Of a DNA stretch of 52,261 nt, positions 27,168 through 35,546 are shown piece after piece (position 1 is the first letter of the stretch; each line of letters starts with the position of its first letter). The stretch lies in the IMG/VR virus record IMGVR_UViG_3300005804_000108, positions 1-52,261 of that record; one strand, given 5' to 3'. Below the pieces are notes generated by a model. That model saw nothing but the letters and a program-made list of their open reading frames with translations. It was not told the DNA's origin and ran no database searches. The position numbers and the translations under genes are program-made. This stretch comes from a virus. Lineage: Duplodnaviria > Caudoviricetes.

Positions 27168-29160
27168 ACATGTCCACTCCCTGGCTTATTACGCGCCGGC
27201 CGGTTTGCTGGCCAGAATTATTGTTATTTGCATATGCAATCAATCTTAACCCTCCGCCCGGGAAGGTCATTTCCGCACCGAGAAACGATAGAATGTCCGC
27301 ATCCAGCAAATGATTAGGCCGCTGATGAATATTGACCCACTCTTCGCCGCCCTTTTCAGTTGCCTGCTTTTCTTCGGCCAGGATTTGGGCGGCATAGTCC
27401 GACCCGACTCCGGAATGCAGGAATGCGGCTCCGGGAAGATGCCGCGTGTCGGCCACCGACGCCAGCCCCAGGCAATAATGGTAATGATCTTTCATCCGGT
27501 GCGTGTCGACCTGGATGATGCGGATGGCTGCCGGCAGTTTCTTTCCGGAATTGGTCGACAGTATGTCGCCGCCGATCCGGAGCTTGTCCGGCAGCGGATT
27601 GCTCGCGCCTTTGGTACCCCAGACGGCTACACCGCCGCGGCCGCGATTTTTGATGAGCCAGAAATATGTTTCGTCGGTCATGGTCATATTATCGTACTTT
27701 TCACCGCCGCCGGTATCGATGCAGGCGCGGAAAATACGCATGGAACGTCCGGTATCCATGACAGGATAGGCGCTATCGAATAGAAGCTTCTCCACATCGT
27801 CCCAGGTCTCCAGGAATCCGTAATGGACCAGCCAGCTGGTCAACACGGCACTCCATGCGCGGACCACAAACCAGAATCCGTGCTTCTGGACGTCGATTCC
27901 GCATGTCAGGGCGATGGCGCTTTCCGGGATGGTCTGGGGCGGTAGATCCGTCTTGGCTGCCAGGATCGTGGCTTCGTCCTTGGATATGATGTTGAGTTTC
28001 CAGGGCTCGACTTTGTGATTGTTGTAAAAATCCTTTTTCTTGCTGATATCGGAATCGCCTCGCAGTTTGGCGGCGGCGATTTCCGCAAGGGACACAAAAG
28101 GCGACACCCACGACGGCGAATGGAATCCTATTTTCAATGGCCTCTTGACGCGCAGGTATTCGTATAATTCAATCCCGTCGCCTCGCGAGCGCCATTTTCC
28201 ATTGCGGACGGCGCGATCCCGGTCATAATCGGTCCACATGGCTTCGCATTGCGGGCATTTATACCAGGCCAGCTTTCCAGCCTCTATCTCTTCAGGAGGA
28301 AGAGAATGACATTTGCCGTCCGGGCCGGGTTCTTTTTCGTGCTCCCATTCGATGTTTTTGAATTCCATCTTATGGTGATGTCCGCAAAACGGGCATGTGA
28401 CGAAATAATCGAATATGACCTGCGCTTCGGTCGTCAGGGCCTTCCAGATGTTTCCGGTCTCGATGGTTGGCGTCGAGACCTTCCAGATTTTACGATTGTA
28501 TCGATATGTTGTTGTGCGCTTTTCCCCCAAGGATATCGGGTCCGCCTCGCGCCTGCCGGCGGTGTCCGGATATTTATCGATTTCATCGAACACGATGTAT
28601 CGAATCGGCTTATTGGCCAGCCTGGCGGCGGACCGGGCCCAGGCGATGTAAAGCGGCATATTCGTAAGATTGATGCGCAACATGCCCTTGTCGTCATCGG
28701 CGCCGGTCAGATACGATCGCAGCCGCGGCGACTCCTCGAGCATCGGCTTGATGCGGTCCTGGTTGTTTTCCTTGCCCGTGAGCTCATCCGGATAAACCAT
28801 CATCACCGGCCCGGGCGCCCGATCGATCGCATACCCGATGCACGTCAAAACGCCTTCCGTCCCGCCCCATTGCGGCGGCTTGCAGATGATGATGGTCTGG
28901 ACTGCCGGATCCATGGAGGCATCCATAATGCCGGCCAGATAGGGCGTGGTGGAATTTTTCCAGCGTCCGGGTAAGACGGACATCTTGACGTAACGGTACA
29001 TTTCCGCCCACTTCGAAACCGGTATCTTTTTATGCTTCCGGAAGACTCGCTTTTCGGCATCGGAAAACCGGACATGGTGCCTGATCTCCGATGGATTCGA
29101 AAGCAGCGTCGGTGGCAACCAGGGCGCGCTGCGCGGTATGTGGACGGTTTGGATGTTCAT
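27157..29160 (-). CDS. Terminase large subunit, lambda gpA family
   Basis: PGRWKNSTTPYL, KPPQWGGTE, FDEIDKYP, VSTPT, CPFCG, GIDVQ, IDTGG, NHLLD. Confidence 0.93.
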   Translation of the reverse strand: MNIQTVHIPRSAPWLPPTLLSNPSEIRHHVRFSDAEKRVFRKHKKIPVSKWAEMYRYVKMSVLPGRWKNSTTPYLAGIMDASMDPAVQTIIICKPPQWGGTEGVLTCIGYAIDRAPGPVMMVYPDELTGKENNQDRIKPMLEESPRLRSYLTGADDDKGMLRINLTNMPLYIAWARSAARLANKPIRYIVFDEIDKYPDTAGRREADPISLGEKRTTTYRYNRKIWKVSTPTIETGNIWKALTTEAQVIFDYFVTCPFCGHHHKMEFKNIEWEHEKEPGPDGKCHSLPPEEIEAGKLAWYKCPQCEAMWTDYDRDRAVRNGKWRSRGDGIELYEYLRVKRPLKIGFHSPSWVSPFVSLAEIAAAKLRGDSDISKKKDFYNNHKVEPWKLNIISKDEATILAAKTDLPPQTIPESAIALTCGIDVQKHGFWFVVRAWSAVLTSWLVHYGFLETWDDVEKLLFDSAYPVMDTGRSMRIFRACIDTGGGEKYDNMTMTDETYFWLIKNRGRGGVAVWGTKGASNPLPDKLRIGGDILSTNSGKKLPAAIRIIQVDTHRMKDHYHYCLGLASVADTRHLPGAAFLHSGVGSDYAAQILAEEKQATEKGGEEWVNIHQRPNHLLDADILSFLGAEMTFPGGGLRLIAYANNNNSGQQTGRRVISQGVDMYGG

Positions 29161-29162
29161 TT

Positions 29163-29408
29163 TTAAAACGGAAACCTATGCTCTTTGTTTTGGAAATCAA
29201 TCGGCGTATGCTTCAATAATTCCCAGTTTAGTTGATCAAGTTTTGTCCATGCCATTTTATAGACACGGGCCACGGAATTAAACTTCTCCCATTTTTTCTT
29301 ACTGCCTTTTTCCCATGCTCTTTTTGCCGCACTTCTCGCTAATCCTTCTCGATGCAACATATCTGCCGTTATTTTTTCATATTCATCAAATATCTCTTCA
29401 ATTTCCAT
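29163..29408 (-). CDS. AT-rich hypothetical protein between terS and terL
   Basis: ORF overlapping terS stop. Confidence 0.55.
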   Translation of the reverse strand: MEIEEIFDEYEKITADMLHREGLARSAAKRAWEKGSKKKWEKFNSVARVYKMAWTKLDQLNWELLKHTPIDFQNKEHRFPF

Positions 29409-30057
29409 TATAATCCCCTGCCTGTTCGGCGTTGTTTATATCTTCCGGATCCCCTTCAATGACGGCCTCGAATTCCACGGCGCCGGCATAGATATTGACA
29501 TGATCGTCGAGGTCATTGCCCATTTTGTTGATCAGTTCTCCGACCTTCTTGACATCACCGCCAACCAGCTCTATCCAGTCGGCGGCATTGGATGTTATCC
29601 AGTGCCTGAGTCCGGCCAAAAGCACGCCGGCTCGAGCCGCCACTTCGATTTCCATCTGGGCCCGCGGAATATAAAGGCCCCTATCCTTATCGTAGTTGAA
29701 TTGTTCACGCTCATTCTTGAGCCGGACCGATTCCAGCTCATGTTCCAGCTTTTTTCTCTGCAGGTCTCCCATATTTTTAGAGACTGTCTTGCCGGTGGCA
29801 ACCTGCTTCAAAAAGGTCTTTGCATACTTGTCGACAATGCGTTGCTTGAACCTTCCGTCTGGCTCCGCAACAATCTTGCCCTGGTCGTGATGACGATACA
29901 GGCTCTGCCGCGCCGCCTTCCACCCCCCATGTTTCAGATACTCGAGCACGGCCAGAAGGTTGTCGAACACTTCTCCTGCCGCGGTGCCGGGCGCTTCATT
30001 GCCCTCAATGGAATTTTCATCGATCAGTTTTTCGGTTTCAGATGCGGCGGTGTTCAA
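29398..30057 (-). CDS. Terminase small subunit (Nu1-like)
   Basis: N-terminal HTH (ARQSLYRH..QGKI), coiled coil, DKDRGLYIPRAQME; upstream of terL. Confidence 0.7.
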   Translation of the reverse strand: MNTAASETEKLIDENSIEGNEAPGTAAGEVFDNLLAVLEYLKHGGWKAARQSLYRHHDQGKIVAEPDGRFKQRIVDKYAKTFLKQVATGKTVSKNMGDLQRKKLEHELESVRLKNEREQFNYDKDRGLYIPRAQMEIEVAARAGVLLAGLRHWITSNAADWIELVGGDVKKVGELINKMGNDLDDHVNIYAGAVEFEAVIEGDPEDINNAEQAGDYNGN

Positions 30058-30058
30058 T

Positions 30059-30364
30059 TTATTTCCTTATCTTAATTTCATAACCACTTGTTGTTCTCTG
30101 GCACATTAAAAGAACATCACCATCTGCTGCACGATTTTCAGAAAGATTTTTTGCATTGATCCAGATTCCAAAACTTTCATTCAGAGCTGCATCTTTGGGA
30201 ATAATAGCTTTTCCCAGTTCCGATATTGAATTACGGAAATCAATCTGTACTCGGGATAGCTTTCGCTCTGCTTCTGTAACGCTTCGCGATAATTCATCCC
30301 AATTTCTAACCAATTCTGATATTTTCCTCGATTCATCGCCCATATCTTTTCCCCTTCTGATCAC
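30059..30364 (-). CDS. Hypothetical protein
   Basis: ORF; start overlaps the duplicated dnaN stop. Confidence 0.5.
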   Translation of the reverse strand: MIRRGKDMGDESRKISELVRNWDELSRSVTEAERKLSRVQIDFRNSISELGKAIIPKDAALNESFGIWINAKNLSENRAADGDVLLMCQRTTSGYEIKIRK

Positions 30365-30720
30365 CCCTTCAGCGGCATGACGATGCCCAAACCGGAGGGA
30401 ATGTTTAACACAGCTTTATTATTTTGGTGGCGGAGGTGGCATATATTCCGGTCTTCCTGGAATCCAGACCCCGCTCAAGGCATAATCATCAGCTGCATCT
30501 TTTGTCGGACAACACTCAGCACAGACATATTTCCAATGTCCACTACCGCCATAAAAAGGACCCACCAGAAATCGCCACCCCTTTTCTCGTCTAAATTCTT
30601 TTTTACATTTTTCGCACAGATGCCACGCAAACAATGAAAACACCTTATAAATTTCGTATTCATCGTTTCTAATGTGTTTCCGTTTCACATTTCACCCCTT
30701 CAGCGGCATGACAATGCCCA
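30361..30720. repeat. 29-bp direct repeat (28/29) duplicating the dnaN 3' end
   Basis: TCACCCCTTCAGCGGCATGAC(G/A)ATGCCCA at 30361-30389 and 30692-30720. Confidence 0.9.
30419..30688 (-). CDS. Small zinc-finger hypothetical protein
   Basis: CEKC...CAECC; lies between the 29-bp repeats. Confidence 0.55.
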   Translation of the reverse strand: MKRKHIRNDEYEIYKVFSLFAWHLCEKCKKEFRREKGWRFLVGPFYGGSGHWKYVCAECCPTKDAADDYALSGVWIPGRPEYMPPPPPK

Positions 30721-31819
30721 TGTAGTTTTTATTATCCTGTCCGCGCACAAGGCAGCCGCCAAAGCCGGGCGATATATTTAATACAACGGCCTCATCGGTC
30801 ACGGCATCGATGGCATCGATAAGATAGTGAACATTGTATTTGACGACACGTGCGGCGCCGGGATCCACCGCGGATATCGGTATTTCATCCTTGATATCTC
30901 CGATGTCCGGATCCTGGGCCTCCAAATGAATCGCGCCGTCGTGAATATCCAATACACATCCGAATGACGAACCACAAACGGCGATCCGGCGCAGAGAATG
31001 AAGCAGATCATCACGCACCGCGGTGATTTGCAGTATACCCTCCATGGATTCATCGGGAATGATCCTCTGTATATCCGGATAGTTTTGATCGATCAAATTG
31101 ACGCGAAGCATTGATCGACCGGCTTCCACGATTGCCGCACCATTGACAAATCCGATTTTAACGTCGTCTTCTATGCCATCTGATAGTTTTCTGATTTCTA
31201 ACGCGCCCTTCCTGGGAATGATCACGCCATTTTCGGGGATGGGAAGTTCAGCTTCAGTCCTTTTTATTTGGATGACGGCAAGACGGTGGCCATCGGTGGC
31301 GGCCACGCGGATCGACGCCGATTCATCGCGAATTATTTTCTGGAGGAAAACACCGGACAGATGTTTGCGGTTCTCATCTCGATTGACGGCATATAAAACC
31401 GAGCCAAGCATGTACCGCAAAAGAGTAGGCGAAGATATGAATGTTTCAGATGCCGTTTCGGTCAGGACTTCCGGATAGTCATCAGCGGCCAGGCCTTTTA
31501 TTTTGCAGACTGTCTTATTGCAGGTGATCACCGCGTCGCCGGTGCGCTTCGATGCCAGGTGGACGGTTTCGCCCTGCAGCTCCCGGACCAGTTCGTTTAT
31601 TTTCCGCGCAGGAATCGTCAGGCTTCCGGGCTTTACGACGCTGGCATCATAATTGGTCCGGATGCCGATTTCGTTATTCGTGGCCAGTATCTCTATTCCG
31701 TCATCCGTTGTTTTGATCAGGATGTTTTGAAGTATAGGCAGCGATGCCTGTTTCTCTACAACGCCCAGTGTTCTTTGAATTCCTTCCTGGAAGGTTTCTC
31801 GATTGATGGTGAATTCCAT
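30692..31819 (-). CDS. dnaN: DNA polymerase III beta sliding clamp (phage-borne)
   Basis: 375 aa; LPILQNILI, ATDGHRLA, GVIIPRKG, YPDIQRIIP, IVMPL. Confidence 0.9.
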   Translation of the reverse strand: MEFTINRETFQEGIQRTLGVVEKQASLPILQNILIKTTDDGIEILATNNEIGIRTNYDASVVKPGSLTIPARKINELVRELQGETVHLASKRTGDAVITCNKTVCKIKGLAADDYPEVLTETASETFISSPTLLRYMLGSVLYAVNRDENRKHLSGVFLQKIIRDESASIRVAATDGHRLAVIQIKRTEAELPIPENGVIIPRKGALEIRKLSDGIEDDVKIGFVNGAAIVEAGRSMLRVNLIDQNYPDIQRIIPDESMEGILQITAVRDDLLHSLRRIAVCGSSFGCVLDIHDGAIHLEAQDPDIGDIKDEIPISAVDPGAARVVKYNVHYLIDAIDAVTDEAVVLNISPGFGGCLVRGQDNKNYMGIVMPLKG

Positions 31820-31834
31820 AAATATCTCCTTTTG

Positions 31835-32008
31835 TCAGGTTATAATAATTAACTTTCCGCAACACTTTTCCTCTCGATCATGTATCGCCTGAGCATGACT
31901 GATTGCAGCATCGAAATATACGCTACCGCATTCGGGGCATTCAGAATCAACCAACTTGTCTTCCGGTCCACGCCCGGTTAATTCTTTTTTTCCCACCACG
32001 ATATTCAT
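31835..32008 (-). CDS. Small zinc-binding protein (57 aa, below ORF-track cutoff)
   Basis: MNIVVGKKELTGRGPEDKLVDSECPECGSVY...; start abuts upstream stop. Confidence 0.5.
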   Translation of the reverse strand: MNIVVGKKELTGRGPEDKLVDSECPECGSVYFDAAISHAQAIHDREEKCCGKLIIIT

Positions 32009-32418
32009 CAGTCCCTCACGCTTGCGGTTTTATTTTTCCCAATTGATTCTTTTTGGGTCATGACAACATGCTGCCCCTTATCCAGAGGCAGATCCCCATG
32101 TTCCGGATGGATAACTTTTGCGCCTTTCTTCTTGATCTCGACAACGCCGGCGGACGGCTGATCATCGGGTTCGTTCGTCAAAGTTGTTGTCTCTTCCGGG
32201 AACATGGTCAGTTGCACTTCCTTGCCGGTAATCTTATGTTCATGCCCTTCTTTTTCTCCAATTCGCACAACGCCAGTCGGCACATCCAGAGAACTGCGAT
32301 AATGGTATTTCAGCGTCCCAGGAACGATTTTAAAAAAAAGCATTTCACCCTGGCGCTTGGCTTCCGAATATTCGAAGGACATCCTCCCGTTTGAGAATTT
32401 TTTTATTTTATTAGCCAT
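32008..32418 (-). CDS. His-motif protein partnering the DUF6745-like gene
   Basis: RQGE, GEKEGHEH, HPEHGDLPL..G.H.V..QKE motifs. Confidence 0.65.
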   Translation of the reverse strand: MANKIKKFSNGRMSFEYSEAKRQGEMLFFKIVPGTLKYHYRSSLDVPTGVVRIGEKEGHEHKITGKEVQLTMFPEETTTLTNEPDDQPSAGVVEIKKKGAKVIHPEHGDLPLDKGQHVVMTQKESIGKNKTASVRD

Positions 32419-32421
32419 TTC

Positions 32422-33429
32422 TCACGTCTCCATTGCAAATTTGATCGGTTCGTTGAATCCTTCCCCCACGCCAAAAGTCCACTGCCGGGCCTCTTCACAT
32501 TTCCTTGTGTCTTTTGGCACGCGGAGGAAATATAAAGATCCGGTTGACGGGCACTTCACGCGCAAGACATTGACGTCAGCTCCCTTTATTCGATACAGAC
32601 GCATTTCTTTGTCCTTGTGGATCACCGTGCCAGCCGCGGCGATCTTTTCCGCTCCGATCTTTGCGCAGAGCGCCATGCGCAGCTGAGCATTTTCGATTTT
32701 TAAAATTTTTACAGGGTCGAGCTGCTCGGGCGGTGTGTCATAAAGTTTCTTCGGGATAGCAACGCCGTGCTCATAATAAAAGGCCTTTCCATTGACAATC
32801 CACTTTCCTGTCCGTTGATTATTTTCAATCTGGCCGGCATAGATCACACGGCCATGTCTTTTAACTTCAAAGGGATAATTGGCATTAAACCAATACTCCA
32901 TCGCTCTGCCCAGAACAGAATGACCGCCATAATTACCTCTCCGGCCGTCCATGATGCCCTTGATCTCATAATAAATGTTCCCGGCATAATCCTTAACGAC
33001 GCAGACCTTTCCGAATGCATTGTAATCGTATGCCGTTTTCCCATTGTCATAGATAAATTTCTGACGGACCAGGCGCCCCTGCTTGTATAGGCTATGGCAT
33101 ACACCGTCATGACCGAACAGTTTTTCATTTCTGCGGGCCTTGCCATGCCGACCACGGCCGGTACCTTTGCGGAAATTGATGACTTCGCGGCCGTTCTGAT
33201 AGTTCTTTTCAAATTGGCCATAGACGATGTGATGCACCGGTTTTCCGTCCACAGCCAGTTTATTGTCCCAGACCTCACCGTCTTTAATTACGGCCACCCG
33301 CTTGAACGTCCGTCCCTTTTCATTAGATCCGGTAATGGTTATTTTTCCATCCATCAGCGCATCATAGACGCTGCGGCCATTGCTCTTACCGGATGATATT
33401 ACTGTGATGCCTCTGCTTGATAAAAACAT
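32422..33429 (-). CDS. DUF6745-like protein
   Basis: C-terminal ILKIENAQLR...LRVKCPSTGSLYFLRVP...CEEARQWTFG. Confidence 0.65.
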   Translation of the reverse strand: MFLSSRGITVISSGKSNGRSVYDALMDGKITITGSNEKGRTFKRVAVIKDGEVWDNKLAVDGKPVHHIVYGQFEKNYQNGREVINFRKGTGRGRHGKARRNEKLFGHDGVCHSLYKQGRLVRQKFIYDNGKTAYDYNAFGKVCVVKDYAGNIYYEIKGIMDGRRGNYGGHSVLGRAMEYWFNANYPFEVKRHGRVIYAGQIENNQRTGKWIVNGKAFYYEHGVAIPKKLYDTPPEQLDPVKILKIENAQLRMALCAKIGAEKIAAAGTVIHKDKEMRLYRIKGADVNVLRVKCPSTGSLYFLRVPKDTRKCEEARQWTFGVGEGFNEPIKFAMET

Positions 33430-33443
33430 TTCATAATTCCTTT

Positions 33444-34859
33444 CTATGAATTAGTTGCGATATTAATTAAATTTTTCGCATCGATGACATTGGCGCCGTG
33501 CCCCAGGATATAATCCATGACGGCCTGTTCGCGGAATACCAGCTGGTTGATGCGGCCGCCGACTGGCTTTCCGTTGCGCAGTACCGAATATGTTTTATCG
33601 TCGTTATAGATCCGGACGGCCGGATTAGTGCGGAGGAGTTTCCATAGCTCCAGGATCAACGGAGATAATCCGCGGGTTTCGATGATGGCAGCGATGTCTT
33701 TTTCGGTCTGGATCCCCCCGGAACGTTGCGGCGCTTCCGCCGGCGACGCGGCGGCTTGCGACGTTGGCGCTGGTGCTGTTTTCTGGTCGCTGGGCTTGTC
33801 ATTAATCGTGATGATGGGTGCAAGGCCAGAGCGTATCCATCTGTTGAGGTTTACGCCTGCTTTATAAGCGTCTCCCGGATCCTTTCCATGGGGTACCGGC
33901 CAGCGATCGCATTTATCTCCGAAATGTTCTTTCCACCAGGCGTTCGCACGTATGGATGCTTTTTGTCCGCCACCAGTATCGCCATAGTCCAGTGCGTTGA
34001 GGATCTGGACAGCTCCCTGCAGGATGGCATAAGCGGCGGCATCTGGTTTTCCTTCCAGCATTCCCAGGGCACAGGCGCCGGCCAGATCGCACGCGGATGC
34101 GCAGGCGATTCCATCCAGTTCCGATTCAATGATCACATATGCAGGACGGCCGATTCCGATTATCATGGTGCCCATGGATGACCCGGGAATGATATAGTAT
34201 GGCGTCGGCCATTCTGTTGTGCGATGCGCTTCCGGACGGCGCACGCGGATCCGCTGGACTACTCCATCATCGATTTTCGGGATCACTAGTCCACGCGGAA
34301 TCAACAGCGCCCGCGGGCGGCCATCTTCTTTTTTCAGCTCCGGAAGGCCCCAGGCCTTGCGCTGGCGAAAAATATCCTTTCCATTTTCTCCAGGATTCCA
34401 TCCGAGGCGATATGTTTCAGCGGCGGCCGCATCAATGCCACGATCAGCCAGCCAAGCCATTGCTTCTTTATTTTCAGTCAAGCGCTCTTGTGCCCAGATG
34501 ACAAACTTTTCGGCTTTTTCCTGCCAGAGATCCGCCGGGCTTTGATGCAGAACCGGTTGAAATTCCGGCTTTGTTTTTTGCGCCGGCGGCGCGTAGGTCT
34601 TCTCATCTCTGCGAATGTTTAAAAAATCGCAGGCTTCCTGGAAGGTCTTTCCTTCAAAGTCGCGCAGAAACTGAATCGCGTCGCCCCCCCTATCACACGA
34701 TCTACACCAATATCCCCCCTGTCCCTCATTCTGGTTCGGCCAGACGTGGAAACGATCGTTTCCGCCACACCAGGGACAGGGCCCCTGCCATTCTCCACCT
34801 TTACAGTTCGATGCTTTGCGCAGCTGGACGTGTTTACTGACCAGGTCGAGGAGGTTCAT
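33444..34859 (-). CDS. DNA primase (zinc-binding domain plus TOPRIM-like)
   Basis: GPCPWCGGNDRF...YWCRSC...GDAIQF; IESELD; KDPGD. Confidence 0.8.
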   Translation of the reverse strand: MNLLDLVSKHVQLRKASNCKGGEWQGPCPWCGGNDRFHVWPNQNEGQGGYWCRSCDRGGDAIQFLRDFEGKTFQEACDFLNIRRDEKTYAPPAQKTKPEFQPVLHQSPADLWQEKAEKFVIWAQERLTENKEAMAWLADRGIDAAAAETYRLGWNPGENGKDIFRQRKAWGLPELKKEDGRPRALLIPRGLVIPKIDDGVVQRIRVRRPEAHRTTEWPTPYYIIPGSSMGTMIIGIGRPAYVIIESELDGIACASACDLAGACALGMLEGKPDAAAYAILQGAVQILNALDYGDTGGGQKASIRANAWWKEHFGDKCDRWPVPHGKDPGDAYKAGVNLNRWIRSGLAPIITINDKPSDQKTAPAPTSQAAASPAEAPQRSGGIQTEKDIAAIIETRGLSPLILELWKLLRTNPAVRIYNDDKTYSVLRNGKPVGGRINQLVFREQAVMDYILGHGANVIDAKNLINIATNS

Positions 34860-35092
34860 GATCGTTCCCGAAAACCAACGCCTTTGTAATGGATAATCGC
34901 GCCAACCATGACTCTCGCATATCTATTCATCAAACATTGTCTAATTACCTCACCGTTCGGATAACAGCTTGAGAAATTTTCTTCATACCATTCAACAAAC
35001 CTCTGATAGATATCCCGAGCCCTGGTTACGGTCTCACTATCTTCGATACATTCTTCATCGATGAAGTCTTGAATCAAGTTATCCATTTTCAA
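34856..35092 (-). CDS. Stand-alone paralogue of the D5 helicase C-terminal winged-helix domain
   Basis: IQDFIDEECIED...IYQRFVEWY...IIHYKGV aligns by eye with IGDFVDECCIKE...LYNRFVTWY...VIMYHGI of 35547..37115. Confidence 0.7.
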   Translation of the reverse strand: MKMDNLIQDFIDEECIEDSETVTRARDIYQRFVEWYEENFSSCYPNGEVIRQCLMNRYARVMVGAIIHYKGVGFRERS

Positions 35093-35540
35093 ACCCTCCC
35101 TGTCTTATCTACGCTTTTGATTTCATTATTCATTTTGTCTCATTCCCCTGCTTTCCTCTCTTTTTCTTTCTTCCTTTTATATCTTCACGTTTTTATTATT
35201 GTTTTTGGTTATTATAAATACCCCTCCAGATGTCCACAGGGATACTTGGAGGGTTTATCCTTATGTCGGAGCCCTACTGTGAAAAAATACCTCTAAGGGC
35301 TGGCCTATGGTTAAAGCCTCCACCCTCCCTAAAAAATCATTCCAACGCGAACTGTCTACAGGTGTCACTGAATTAAAACAGATACTTAAAAGTGCGTTGA
35401 TGAAAATGGACATTTTTTCAAACCCTCCCTGTATTTTTGATGAATCAGGGATAGAGGGAGACTTGATTTTCATATTATTGGTGTCGTTTAAATTTTTAGT
35501 GTTCACTGTTTTTTCCTTCAAAAGTGTCCCTGTGTCCCTG
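35086..35540. other. Putative prophage replication origin
   Basis: 18-bp direct repeat TTTTCAAACCCTCCCTGT (35086-35103, 35415-35432), further CCCTCC/TCCCTG motifs in both orientations, AT/pyrimidine tract; lies between helicase and primase. Confidence 0.55.
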
Positions 35541-35546
35541 TTTTGG

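Noticed and set aside
35261-35521. 86-aa ORF in the putative origin
   Set aside because: No motifs; overlaps iteron-like repeats; more likely non-coding ori, though not excluded
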